64,000 nt of DNA from an uncultured Alphaproteobacteria bacterium. GTDB lineage: Bacteria; Pseudomonadota; Alphaproteobacteria; HIMB59; GCA-002718135. The stretch spans positions 762-64,761 of the forward strand of contig CACNAF010000004.1 of assembly GCA_902618385.1 (NCBI GenBank). Direction: 5' to 3'. Position numbers and translations under genes: made by a program. A model generated the notes under the pieces. That model was given only the letters and a program-made list of their open reading frames with translations. It had not been told where the DNA came from and did no database searches. Below, piece by piece: positions 55,286 to 64,000 of this stretch (position 1 is its first letter; each line of letters starts with the position of its first letter).

Positions 55286-56400
55286 TGAAAATAGGTGTTC
55301 CCTCTGAGATTAAAGCTCAGGAGTCCAGAGTTGGGCTTACCCCACAAAGTGTTAAAGAATTAGTAAAAGATAAACATACCGTTCTAATCCAAAAGGATGC
55401 GGGTATTGGAGCTGGCTTTTCAAATAGTGATTATGAATTGTCAGGTGCTAAAATTGTAAATTCCGCTGAAGATGTTTTCAATGATTCTGAAATGATCGTA
55501 AAAGTAAAAGAACCTCTAATGAATGAAGTAGCAATGATAAGAGAAAACCAAATTTTATTTACTTATTTACATCTTTCAGCAGCTCCAGAATTGACAAAGG
55601 GTTTAATTGATTCAAATTCTATTTGTATAGCTTATGAAACGGTAAGTGATCATAATAATAAATTACCTCTGCTAGCACCAATGAGTGCTGTAGCAGGTAG
55701 AATGTCGATACAAGCAGGAGCTTATTCTCTTGAAAAACATAAGGGTGGAAGTGGTTTACTTTTAGGTGGCGCACCTGGAGTTCAGCCTGGAAATGTATTA
55801 ATTTTAGGTGGAGGTGTTGTTGGAGAAAATGCAGCAATAATTGCTACAGGTATGCAAGCAAAAGTTTTCATCGTTGATAAATCAGAAAAAAGATTAGAAG
55901 AATTACAAGAAAAATTTGGTGATAAAATAGAACCACTACATAGTGATAAAATAAATCTAAAAGATTATATTTCTGAATGTGATTTACTAATTGGCGGAGT
56001 ACTTGTTCCAGGCTCTAATGCTCCAAAGATTATAACTAAGGACATGATAAAAGAGATGAAAAGTGGATCTGTAATTGTTGATGTTGCAATTGATCAAGGT
56101 GGTTGTGTTGAAACTAGTAAACCAACAACTCATGCAAACCCTACATATGTTGTTGATGATGTTGTTCATTATTGTGTTGCAAATATGCCAGGGGGAGTTC
56201 CTAGAACTTCCACTCTTGCTTTAAATGCAGTCACTTTGCCATTTATTCAAAACTTAGCTTCTAATGGTTTTAAAGATGCTTTAAAAAATGATAAAAATTT
56301 TATGAATGGTTTAAATATTTTTAAAGGTGCCGTTACATATAAGGCTATTGCTGATGATTTAAATTATGATTATGCTAATCCAGAAACTTTAGTACACTAA
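55285..56400 (+). CDS. ald: Alanine dehydrogenase
   Basis: 371 aa. MKIGVPSEIKAQESRVGLTP, NAD motif ILGGGVVGENAA, and VHYCVANMPG. The start overlaps the aminotransferase stop (TAATG). Confidence 0.95.
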   Translation: MKIGVPSEIKAQESRVGLTPQSVKELVKDKHTVLIQKDAGIGAGFSNSDYELSGAKIVNSAEDVFNDSEMIVKVKEPLMNEVAMIRENQILFTYLHLSAAPELTKGLIDSNSICIAYETVSDHNNKLPLLAPMSAVAGRMSIQAGAYSLEKHKGGSGLLLGGAPGVQPGNVLILGGGVVGENAAIIATGMQAKVFIVDKSEKRLEELQEKFGDKIEPLHSDKINLKDYISECDLLIGGVLVPGSNAPKIITKDMIKEMKSGSVIVDVAIDQGGCVETSKPTTHANPTYVVDDVVHYCVANMPGGVPRTSTLALNAVTLPFIQNLASNGFKDALKNDKNFMNGLNIFKGAVTYKAIADDLNYDYANPETLVH

Positions 56401-57446
56401 AAACTATTAGAAGCTTCTACCATTATCTTTAATTTTATTTTTGCCAAATCTCGAGGTAAGTGACCAAGGCCACAATCAGGAGCAACAATTAATTGTTCCT
56501 TATCAATAAACTTTAATGCATCATTTATTCTCGAGACAATTTCTTCTTTAGACTCTACTTGAGAGCTTGCTATTTTTACTAAACCAAAAATAACTTTTGT
56601 TTGTTTAAAATCTTTTAAAAAATTTAAATCATTATATCGATGAGCATCTTCAATAGAAACTGTATCTATAATTGACTCATCTAAAGCTTTACTAATTTTA
56701 CTGTAAGAATCTAAAGGCGCTTTTGGATAATCTACTGCATCTAATTTATCAGGATAGCCGCAACAAATATGAGTAATTTTTTCAATACTTTGATTATTAA
56801 TATTCTTAAAACATCTTTCTAGGTTTTTAATTCCAAAATTAAGAGCATTTTCTGGTTTTCTAGCAAACAACGGTTCATCGACTTGAATGTATTTACATCC
56901 TGCATCAACCAATCTTTTAATTTCTACATTAATAGCATCAGCTAAGTCTTCACCCATATGTTCATCTGAATCATAAAATGTATTTGCTATGGTGTCTGTT
57001 ATAGTCATTGGTCCAGGTATAGTAATTTTTAAATCTTTATTCGTTAAACTCTGATTTTTTTTCCACTCTTCAACCAAAAAAGATTCTTTTGCTTTAACTT
57101 TTGAAGTTATTGTTGGTAACCAGCATTTATAATTACCTGTCCTAGCAACTTTTTCTGTGAGATTTGCAAAGTCAATTCCTTCTAAATATCTACAATGATA
57201 GTGAATGTAATTTTCTCTTCTAACTTCACCATCGGTTACGATATCAATACCACATTCTTCCTGATCACTAATTATTTCTTTGCTAGCTTTATTAAATAAC
57301 TCTTCAACATTATCGCCCATTTTTTTTATTTCATCTTCGTAAAATTTAGTTGGATATTCAGTGTCTGTGCCACCAGAAGCATTAAACCAATCAGTTATTT
57401 TTAAGTAGCTTGGTTTTGGATACGCGCCTATAACAGTCGTTAACAT
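56397..57446 (-). CDS. Core-MetE / MetE-II family Zn-dependent (thiol) methyltransferase-like protein, copy 2
   Basis: The track ORF (to 57497) overlaps the upstream gene by 44 nt. I prefer ATG 57446 (MLTTVIGAYPKPSY...), 7 nt after the sulfatase stop. Zn pattern THICCGYPD, SIEDAHR, APDCGLGHL. Confidence 0.7.
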   Translation of the reverse strand: MLTTVIGAYPKPSYLKITDWFNASGGTDTEYPTKFYEDEIKKMGDNVEELFNKASKEIISDQEECGIDIVTDGEVRRENYIHYHCRYLEGIDFANLTEKVARTGNYKCWLPTITSKVKAKESFLVEEWKKNQSLTNKDLKITIPGPMTITDTIANTFYDSDEHMGEDLADAINVEIKRLVDAGCKYIQVDEPLFARKPENALNFGIKNLERCFKNINNQSIEKITHICCGYPDKLDAVDYPKAPLDSYSKISKALDESIIDTVSIEDAHRYNDLNFLKDFKQTKVIFGLVKIASSQVESKEEIVSRINDALKFIDKEQLIVAPDCGLGHLPRDLAKIKLKIMVEASNSF

Positions 57447-57453
57447 ATCTTTA

Positions 57454-58989
57454 TTATTCCATTTTTCTGCTAAATGGTCCAGATTTTGTATTAACACCTG
57501 AACTGGAAAGTTTAGTGTTTGATAATTGTCGCTCCTGATGAATCATGCGGTGACTTAACAATTTTGATACTAGTTCATGTTTTATATCTTTAAATTCTCT
57601 TAAGTCTGATAGATCATTTATTTCCTCAGGATCTTTTTCTAAATCAAATAATAAACATGGCAATGAAGGAAAATGAACATATTTCCATTTATTATTTCTA
57701 ATGACCGATAGATTACATTGTTCGGGTGCTAATTTTTTATCTTTAACAAATGAAGTACTTTCTCTAAAATCATAATCAAAAACAACATATTCTTTATTAG
57801 GTGATTTTTCGTATTTATGATTGATATTGTGCATCAGTGATTGACCATTCCAATCAATGGGGATGTCACCACCAAGCCATTCTAAAATTGTAGGAGCAAC
57901 ATCTACAGATTCTGTTAAATGGTTAATTTCTTTTGGATTGTTTTGAGGCAGATAAATAAATAATGGAATTCTATAAGAAGAGTCCCACCAACCTAATTTC
58001 CCCCATAAATTATTTTCATTTAACATCTCTCCATGATCACTAGTAAAAATTATCATTGTATTTTCTTCTTGCCCTGATTCTTTAAGAGCATTCAAAATTT
58101 TACCAATATTAAAATCAACTTCTGCGCACATAGCAAAATAGACACTCATAATATTTTTGATATCTTGATCTTTTAAAAGATCATAATTAATTTCAGAGAA
58201 ATTTTCTTTTAGTAAAAATTTTTTACATAACTCTTCAAGTAGTGGATGTTTTTTTGATAATTCTTTCAGTGAAATATCATTTTTAGATAAGTTAATACTA
58301 TCTGGATTAAATTTACTAAACCATGGATCAGCTACATGAAAGGGTGGGTGTGGTTTTAAAAAAGATACATGCATAAAAAATGAATCTTTAACCTTTTTTA
58401 AGTCGTTAACAACTTTGTCTGCTAAAAATGCGGTGTCTGAAAATTCAGTTGGAATATAATATGGCTCATAAATATACGCTTGATCATCTTTAGGCTTTCT
58501 TCCTTTGTACAAATCTTCTGCTTTATTAATTTCAAAACCATTTTGATTAAGATGGTTAGCCCAAGGCTCAGGTTTTCCCCCTGGTAAAACACAACCATCA
58601 TCAAATCCTTCCATTGGTGATTCATAGGTAAAATTTTTTTTATCTTTTGGATCCAAGTATCTTGGATCCCAAGAAGTATCAGTGTATCCGTAAAGTCTTG
58701 GATTATAATTTAGTTTACGAACTTCTTTAGCGATATTTGTAAATCTTTTATCAAGAGGAGCGCCATTATATACTGAACGATGTATAAATGGATATAAACC
58801 TGTAAGCATAGTAGTTCTAGATGGACCACAAGGGACAATTCCAGCAAAATGTGATTTAAAAACTACACTTTTTTTTGCAAGTTTGTCTAAGTTTGGTGTT
58901 AGAGCATATGGATGATTTAGGAAGCTAAAGCAGTCAAAACGCCATTGATCAGCACATATAAAAAGAACAGATTTTTTGGATTTTTCCAT
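57454..58989 (-). CDS. Formylglycine-type sulfatase-family hydrolase, phosphonate-monoester-hydrolase (PMH)-like subgroup
   Basis: 511 aa, no signal peptide. CADQWRFD, active-site C-x-P-x-R (VPCGPSRTTMLTGLYP), FTSDHGE, PTILEWLGG, KYVHF and LFDLEKDPEE, which match my memory of rhizobial PMH. Confidence 0.8.
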   Translation of the reverse strand: MEKSKKSVLFICADQWRFDCFSFLNHPYALTPNLDKLAKKSVVFKSHFAGIVPCGPSRTTMLTGLYPFIHRSVYNGAPLDKRFTNIAKEVRKLNYNPRLYGYTDTSWDPRYLDPKDKKNFTYESPMEGFDDGCVLPGGKPEPWANHLNQNGFEINKAEDLYKGRKPKDDQAYIYEPYYIPTEFSDTAFLADKVVNDLKKVKDSFFMHVSFLKPHPPFHVADPWFSKFNPDSINLSKNDISLKELSKKHPLLEELCKKFLLKENFSEINYDLLKDQDIKNIMSVYFAMCAEVDFNIGKILNALKESGQEENTMIIFTSDHGEMLNENNLWGKLGWWDSSYRIPLFIYLPQNNPKEINHLTESVDVAPTILEWLGGDIPIDWNGQSLMHNINHKYEKSPNKEYVVFDYDFRESTSFVKDKKLAPEQCNLSVIRNNKWKYVHFPSLPCLLFDLEKDPEEINDLSDLREFKDIKHELVSKLLSHRMIHQERQLSNTKLSSSGVNTKSGPFSRKME

Positions 58990-59031
58990 ATTTACTAATG
59001 ATTATTAAAGTAATTAATTAAGAAGAAATAC

Positions 59032-59053
59032 ACAATTTTTTTAAAAAAATTGT
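59032..59053. promoter_or_regulatory. Perfect 22-nt palindrome ACAATTTTTTTAAAAAAATTGT in the sulfatase / ABC-SBP divergent region
   Basis: Seen directly. A second inverted repeat, TTGTTT-AC-AAACAA, lies at 59091-59104. Function unproven; A/T tracts are common here. Confidence 0.3.
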
Positions 59054-59140
59054 AATAAAAACGTCAAATATTTTTGCTAAAAAATCAAAATTGTTTACAA
59101 ACAAAATCATACGATAAATTTATCTTATAGGAGAAAATAT

Positions 59141-61195
59141 ATGTTAAAAAAACTATTCATAGCGTTAGTATTTTCTTCCGCAACCTTTGTCTGGAGTGGA
59201 AGCTCTTTTGCAGGTGGTCATTGCGTAGGTACAACAATGAACGATGCACAGACAGGCGGAAAATATCCTCAGCAATATGAGTTATCAGAATATGAAAGTG
59301 CAGCCGGCTGTACTATGAAGTTTTCAGATAATCCAAATATTGCTAGCATAAACGCTACAATACAAGGTAACCCAGGAAGTCTACCCCCAGTTGAGGATAG
59401 ATTACCTGATGAGCCACTTGTTGTAGTACCATATGAGTCTATTGGTAAATATGGAAATACAATAAACTTCTTATCGAATGCAACTGAAGCTGGAACTTCT
59501 GATATGCTATCTACAAGACACGTAAACTTATTACGTTTTGCTGATGATTTAACTACAATTGTTCCAAACGTTGCTAAAGATTATGAGTGGAATGATGATT
59601 TTACTACTTTAACATTCATGTTACGTAAAGGTCACAAGTGGTCAAATGGTGAACCTTTTGTGGCTAGAGATGTTGAGTTTTGGTACGAAGATTTGATGAT
59701 GAATCCAAAGATTCGTGAAAAACCATATCCATATCTTTTAGTTGGTGGTGAGCCAATGACTGTTGATGTAATTGATGATCAAACAGTAAGATTTAACTTA
59801 CCATCTCCGTTCCCTGGTTTAACTGCAACTATTGCATGGTCATATAACCAGTTCTTCATGCCTTCACATTTCCTAGAACAATTCCATCCGGAAATTGATT
59901 CAAATGCTGATGCAAATGCTCAGGCATTAGGATTTGCAGATGGTTATGATGCTTTAGCAGCATATTATGGTAACTCAGGTTGGACTGATACTCCAACTCC
60001 TTTACTAGCTAAACCAGATCTAGTTGCTGGATTACCTTATGCAGCTTATCCTTCTTTAGAAGCTTACATGACTATTGAAGACACTACTGAAGGTAGAGTC
60101 TATGCAGCTAACCCATACTTTTTCCAAGTTGATACAGCTGGGAATCAATTACCATACATTGATTATCAAAATGAAAGATACATCAATGAAAATGAAATAA
60201 GATTGTTAAAACTTGTTAATGGTGAAGTTGATTATAAATCACAGTCTGTTCAATTAGAGTCCGCTCCTCAATTACTTGATGGTGCTGAGTCTGGTGGATA
60301 TCAAGTTCAAATCAATCCAGGTTGTGGTGCTGCATTATTTAGCTTTAATGTAACACATCCTGATCCTGAAAAACGTAAAGTCTATGGGGATATTCGTTTC
60401 CGTCAAGCAATGTCAATTGCAATGAATAGAGACGAGATCAACGAAGTTGCATATTACGGTTTAGGTAAAGTTGAGCAGTTTGTAGGATTTTCTCCTGCAC
60501 CTGACTTCGTTCCTGAAAGTATAAAAATGCATATGACTCAATACGATCCAGATGGAGCTAATGCTCTGCTTGATGAAGTAGGATTAAAAGACGTTGATGG
60601 TGATGGATTTAGAGAATTACCAAATGGTGATGCTCTAGCTATTAACATTGACTATGCTACTCAAGGTATTGGTGGTGTTGAAGTTGAACTTGTTGCAAGA
60701 TACTTCAATGAAGTAGGAGTAAAAACTACTTTTAAAGAGGTAACTCCAGATGAATATCGTGGTTCGCAAGCTGCTAACCAACTTGACGTTCATGTTTGGG
60801 ATAAAGGTCAACCATTAGCAATTGTTGCTGGTAACCCAGAAACATTTAAACCTCCGTTTGGTAACTACTTTAACCATACACAAGGTTTAGATTGGGCAGC
60901 ATACATTGATAGTAATGGTGACGAAGGTACTAAACCTCCTCAGTGGGTATATGACTTAAGTGATGGAATTGATAAATTCCAATCTTACGCTCTTGGTACT
61001 GCTGAGTCTAATGAGTGGGGTGAAAAAATTGCAACAATGTTAACAGAGCAAAGTCTATTGATTGGTACGGTGAAAGCACCTTTCCCAACTTATCATAGAA
61101 ATGCTTTGAAAAACTTTACGCAGTTTAAAACTACTTCGTATGAGTATTATAGAACATACCCATACCTAGCTACTCAATGGTGGTTAGACGAGTAA
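59141..61195 (+). CDS. ABC transporter substrate-binding protein, family 5 (peptide/opine/nickel type), long form
   Basis: 684 aa. Signal peptide (…WSGSSFAGG), SBP_bac_5-like core (…TFMLRKGHKWSNGEPFVARDVEFWYE…), and RBS GGAG. Confidence 0.85.
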   Translation: MLKKLFIALVFSSATFVWSGSSFAGGHCVGTTMNDAQTGGKYPQQYELSEYESAAGCTMKFSDNPNIASINATIQGNPGSLPPVEDRLPDEPLVVVPYESIGKYGNTINFLSNATEAGTSDMLSTRHVNLLRFADDLTTIVPNVAKDYEWNDDFTTLTFMLRKGHKWSNGEPFVARDVEFWYEDLMMNPKIREKPYPYLLVGGEPMTVDVIDDQTVRFNLPSPFPGLTATIAWSYNQFFMPSHFLEQFHPEIDSNADANAQALGFADGYDALAAYYGNSGWTDTPTPLLAKPDLVAGLPYAAYPSLEAYMTIEDTTEGRVYAANPYFFQVDTAGNQLPYIDYQNERYINENEIRLLKLVNGEVDYKSQSVQLESAPQLLDGAESGGYQVQINPGCGAALFSFNVTHPDPEKRKVYGDIRFRQAMSIAMNRDEINEVAYYGLGKVEQFVGFSPAPDFVPESIKMHMTQYDPDGANALLDEVGLKDVDGDGFRELPNGDALAINIDYATQGIGGVEVELVARYFNEVGVKTTFKEVTPDEYRGSQAANQLDVHVWDKGQPLAIVAGNPETFKPPFGNYFNHTQGLDWAAYIDSNGDEGTKPPQWVYDLSDGIDKFQSYALGTAESNEWGEKIATMLTEQSLLIGTVKAPFPTYHRNALKNFTQFKTTSYEYYRTYPYLATQWWLDE

Positions 61196-61219
61196 TTTAA
61201 CTCAATAAATAGTAAAAAA

Positions 61220-61253
61220 AGCGGCAATTATATATTGCCGCTTTTCTTTTTTT
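61220..61253 (+). terminator. Rho-independent terminator/attenuator after the family-5 SBP gene
   Basis: AGCGGCAAT-tatat-ATTGCCGCT followed by TTTCTTTTTTT, with an A-run upstream. Confidence 0.7.
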
Positions 61254-61281
61254 AATTATTCTTGTCTCCTAATTATTTTAT

Positions 61282-62295
61282 ATGATTAATTTTATACAAT
61301 TTACTCTCACAAGAGCAGGACTTGCAATTATAACTTTGCTTCTTGTATGCTTTATTGTTTTTTCATTAATGGAATTAGTTCCTGGAACTTGTGCTGAAAG
61401 ATATCTAGCATTTAAAAATACACAAGGATCACAAATAACTTATGAAGATATAGAAAAAGAAAAAATTCGTTTAGGTTTAGATAAACCTTTTTTATATAGA
61501 TATGGCAAATGGGTTTCTAATATAGTTTTTAATGGAGATTTTGGTGATAGTTGTATTCTAAGAATGAATATTAATGAATTATTAAGTGGAAGATTTACTT
61601 TATCTTTAACAATATGTTTGGTTGCACTAATATTTTCATATTTAATTGCCATACCAGTTGGGATCATATCGGCCACGACAAAATATGCATCATTAGATAA
61701 TACGCTTAAATTTATTAGTTATCTTGGAATAGCACTTCCCAATTTTTTAGTAGCACTCTGTATTATGCTTTTTATGACTGTTTACTATGGCGATACGATG
61801 ACAGGTTTATTTTCTCAAGAATATGAAAACGAACCCTGGTCATCAGCAAAACTATTTGATTTTTTAAGTAGAGCTTGGCTTCCAATATTTGTTTTAGGTT
61901 GGAATGCAACTGCCTTTGCTCTTCAAACAGTAAGAGCACTAATGCTAGATGAAAATGATAAACTATATGTAATGGCTGCAAGGGCTAGAGGAATATCAGG
62001 AATGAGTTTGTTGTGGAGATATCCAGCAAAACATTCTTTAGGTCCAGTAATCAATTCTATAGGTTTCGACCTTAATCGTATATTTAGTGCATTGCCGATT
62101 GTGGCCTTAATTTTAATTCTTACAGAAGCTGGAGCATTGTTGATTGAAGCTTTAGCAAGATCAAATGATCAGCAATTAGCAGGTGCAATTATTTTTCTTC
62201 TGACAGCAACAATTGTTTTTGTAAATTTTATAACGGATATTATTTTAGCTATAATTGATCCAAGAATAAGAAAAGGAGTTATGGGTGGAGGTTAG
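61282..62295 (+). CDS. ABC transporter permease (DppB/OppB-like)
   Basis: 337 aa. BPD_transp_1 core with ...YVMAARARGISGMSLLWRYPAKHSL... (EAA-like loop). Confidence 0.85.
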   Translation: MINFIQFTLTRAGLAIITLLLVCFIVFSLMELVPGTCAERYLAFKNTQGSQITYEDIEKEKIRLGLDKPFLYRYGKWVSNIVFNGDFGDSCILRMNINELLSGRFTLSLTICLVALIFSYLIAIPVGIISATTKYASLDNTLKFISYLGIALPNFLVALCIMLFMTVYYGDTMTGLFSQEYENEPWSSAKLFDFLSRAWLPIFVLGWNATAFALQTVRALMLDENDKLYVMAARARGISGMSLLWRYPAKHSLGPVINSIGFDLNRIFSALPIVALILILTEAGALLIEALARSNDQQLAGAIIFLLTATIVFVNFITDIILAIIDPRIRKGVMGGG

Positions 62296-63445
62296 TAATC
62301 AAAAAAAAGAAGCTTATTATACTGCAACGCAGATGCAGTTAGTAAGAACACGCTTTTTTGGAAATAGATCTGCTATGATTGCTGGTTCTATTTTATTATT
62401 TATGATTATTTGTAGTCTATTTGCAGATTTTCTATCTCCTTATGATCCAACAATTAAAGGAAGAGATAAAGATTATGAAAACGGAGCACCTCAAATTCCA
62501 ATGTTTTGGGATGATAATGGATTTTCTGCTAGGCCGTTTTTACACACATTAGAAAAGTATAGAGGTGCAGATACAAATTTTAGATGGGTCTATAAAGTTG
62601 ATACTGAAAAAAGAAGATACGTTTATTTTTTTGTTGAAGGATGGGAATATAAAGTTTTTGATTTTAATATAAATCTTCCAGGAAAAATTTTAGATTTTAA
62701 AATTCCAGGTTTTACATTTAATACTCATTTATTTGGAGTTGAAGAAGGCGGTATCCATATATTTGGCACAGATAAGGCAGGAAAAGATTTATTCAGTAGA
62801 ACCTTAAGCGCAATTTACATTTCACTGGCTGTTGGAACTCTTGGTGTATTTATATCTTTTGTTCTATCCCTAATAATAGGCGGGATCTCAGGTTACTATG
62901 GTGGTTGGATTGATAGCGTATTACAAATGTTTACCGATGCAATTCGAACGGTTCCACCCATACCTCTGTTTATGTGTCTTGCTGCCTTTGCGCCATTAGA
63001 ATGGAGTTCTGAATTACGGTTCTTTTTTATTTCTTGTTTGCTTGGATTAATTTCATGGCCAACACTTGCTAGAAGAGTAAGAACGCATCTACTTAGTGAA
63101 AGAAGCCAAGAATATATTCTTGCTGCAAAGCTTTGTGGAGCATCATCCACTCATATTATTGTAAGACACTTATTACCAAGTTTCACGAGTTATATTATTG
63201 TCGATTTAGTCATTAGTTTCCCATACATGTTATTATCTGAAACAGCTTTAAGTTTTATAGGACTTGGTTTGAGAGAACCAGTAAACTCTCTGGGTGTACT
63301 TTTGCAAAATGCAACAAAGGCCGACGTACTTTTAAACTATCAATGGTATTTTATCCCTGTATTTTTCTTAGTCGTATTAATTTTAACATTTGTCTATGTA
63401 GGGGATGGATTACGTGATGCAGCAGATCCTCATAAGGTAAAGTAA
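62285..63445 (+). CDS. ABC transporter permease (DppC/OppC-like) with an extended periplasmic insertion
   Basis: 386 aa. N-terminal TM, an insertion of about 110 aa, then the core with ...YILAAKLCGASSTHIIVRHLLP... Overlaps the previous permease gene by 11 nt. Confidence 0.85.
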   Translation: MEVSNQKKEAYYTATQMQLVRTRFFGNRSAMIAGSILLFMIICSLFADFLSPYDPTIKGRDKDYENGAPQIPMFWDDNGFSARPFLHTLEKYRGADTNFRWVYKVDTEKRRYVYFFVEGWEYKVFDFNINLPGKILDFKIPGFTFNTHLFGVEEGGIHIFGTDKAGKDLFSRTLSAIYISLAVGTLGVFISFVLSLIIGGISGYYGGWIDSVLQMFTDAIRTVPPIPLFMCLAAFAPLEWSSELRFFFISCLLGLISWPTLARRVRTHLLSERSQEYILAAKLCGASSTHIIVRHLLPSFTSYIIVDLVISFPYMLLSETALSFIGLGLREPVNSLGVLLQNATKADVLLNYQWYFIPVFFLVVLILTFVYVGDGLRDAADPHKVK

Positions 63446-63446
63446 T

Positions 63447-64000
63447 ATGAGTCATTTATTAGAAGTAAAAAATTTAGATGTAAAATTTGATACTGATGAA
63501 GGTAGAATTACAGCAGTTGAAAATATTTCTCTTTCTGTAGATCAAGGTGAAGTACTTGGTATAGTTGGTGAATCCGGATCAGGTAAATCTGTGACTGCTA
63601 AATCGATTATGAAATTAAATCCAGGTAATACTTCTTATAATGAAGACGCAGAAATAATATTAGACAACGAAAATGTTCTTAAATTTACCTCTAAGCAAGA
63701 CTTAAAAAAAATAAGAGGTGGTAAAGTATCAATGATTTTTCAAGAGCCTATGGCAAGTTTTGCTCCAGCAATAAAAATTGGCGCACAAATGGTTGAGCAA
63801 TTACTAATTCATAAAAATATTAATAAAGAGGAAGCAAAATCAATATCCATAAACATGCTAAAAAGAGTAGGCATAGCAGATGCAGAAAAACGGTTTAATC
63901 AATATGCATTTGAATTATCTGGGGGAATGCGTCAAAGAGCAATGATAGCTATGGCATTATCCACTATGCCTAAACTTTTATTAGCAGATGAGCCAACAAC
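63447..64000 (+). CDS. ABC transporter ATP-binding protein (DppD/OppD-like), 5' part (runs off the window end)
   Basis: ATG 63447: MSHLLEVKNLDVKF...GESGSGKSV (Walker A)...LSGGMRQR (signature)...LLLADEPT (Walker B). Truncated by the window edge. Confidence 0.9.
   Translation, partial: MSHLLEVKNLDVKFDTDEGRITAVENISLSVDQGEVLGIVGESGSGKSVTAKSIMKLNPGNTSYNEDAEIILDNENVLKFTSKQDLKKIRGGKVSMIFQEPMASFAPAIKIGAQMVEQLLIHKNINKEEAKSISINMLKRVGIADAEKRFNQYAFELSGGMRQRAMIAMALSTMPKLLLADEPT

Noticed and set aside
57447-57497. 44-nt overlap between the MetE-like ORF (track start 57497) and the sulfatase gene
   Set aside because: An in-frame ATG at 57446 begins the conserved MLTTVIGAYPKP N-terminus 7 nt after the sulfatase stop, so the upstream extension is probably not translated.
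1-64000. Searched intergenic gaps for tRNA/rRNA/tmRNA genes, riboswitch-like structured leaders, IS elements, integrases, phage genes and defence systems
   Set aside because: All gaps over 70 nt were read by eye. None has the G+C-rich stems of a tRNA or riboswitch, and no transposase, integrase or defence-type domains were recognised. A covariance-model scan (Infernal/Rfam, tRNAscan) would be needed to be definitive.

Overview
AT-rich (about 30% G+C by eye), very gene-dense alphaproteobacterial chromosome segment. Many genes overlap by 1-8 nt at start/stop, and convergent genes share stop codons. Gene content and synteny fit a streamlined marine Pelagibacterales (SAR11)-type genome. I found no rRNA, tRNA, CRISPR, IS, integrase or prophage signal. 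Positions 1-32.7 kb hold core housekeeping genes: dapE/dapD, argB, engB, yidC-yidD-rnpA-rpmH, panC, petABC, ychF-pth-rplY-prs, lgt, proC, a MarR/OmpR/HK set, ilvE, moaDE, pgsA and uvrC. A zinc-homeostasis cluster interrupts them: zur-znuB-znuC, a Zur box, znuA with a 59-residue Asp/His repeat, and a COG0523 GTPase-WD40-small protein operon. That cluster ends at an ORF too short for the six-frame track, a 27-codon peptide with 9 cysteines (metallothionein-like). Positions 32.8-64 kb are accessory catabolic genes with a strong organosulfur flavour. They include xsc tail-to-tail with a GMC dehydrogenase, and cysQ with a mini APS-kinase-like gene and a mini nucleotidylyltransferase. Next comes a LacI-associated island: a HisD/HpsN-like dehydrogenase, three paralogous tandem ester-cyclase (NTF2-like) proteins, a bicupin, a core-MetE-like protein, an alpha/beta hydrolase, a CUT1 ABC importer with no ATPase gene, a HAD-like protein lacking its nucleophile, and an SDR. 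After that are pta-EamA divergent from aminotransferase-ald (taurine-type module), a sulfatase/PMH-like hydrolase with a second core-MetE-like gene, and a family-5 ABC importer. The best candidates for undescribed biology are (1) the Cys-rich micro-ORF, (2) the LacI island built around the tandem ester-cyclase paralogues, (3) the cysQ/mini-kinase/mini-nucleotidylyltransferase operon, and (4) the sulfatase + core-MetE operon. All functional calls rest on motif recognition and recalled family knowledge; no searches were run.
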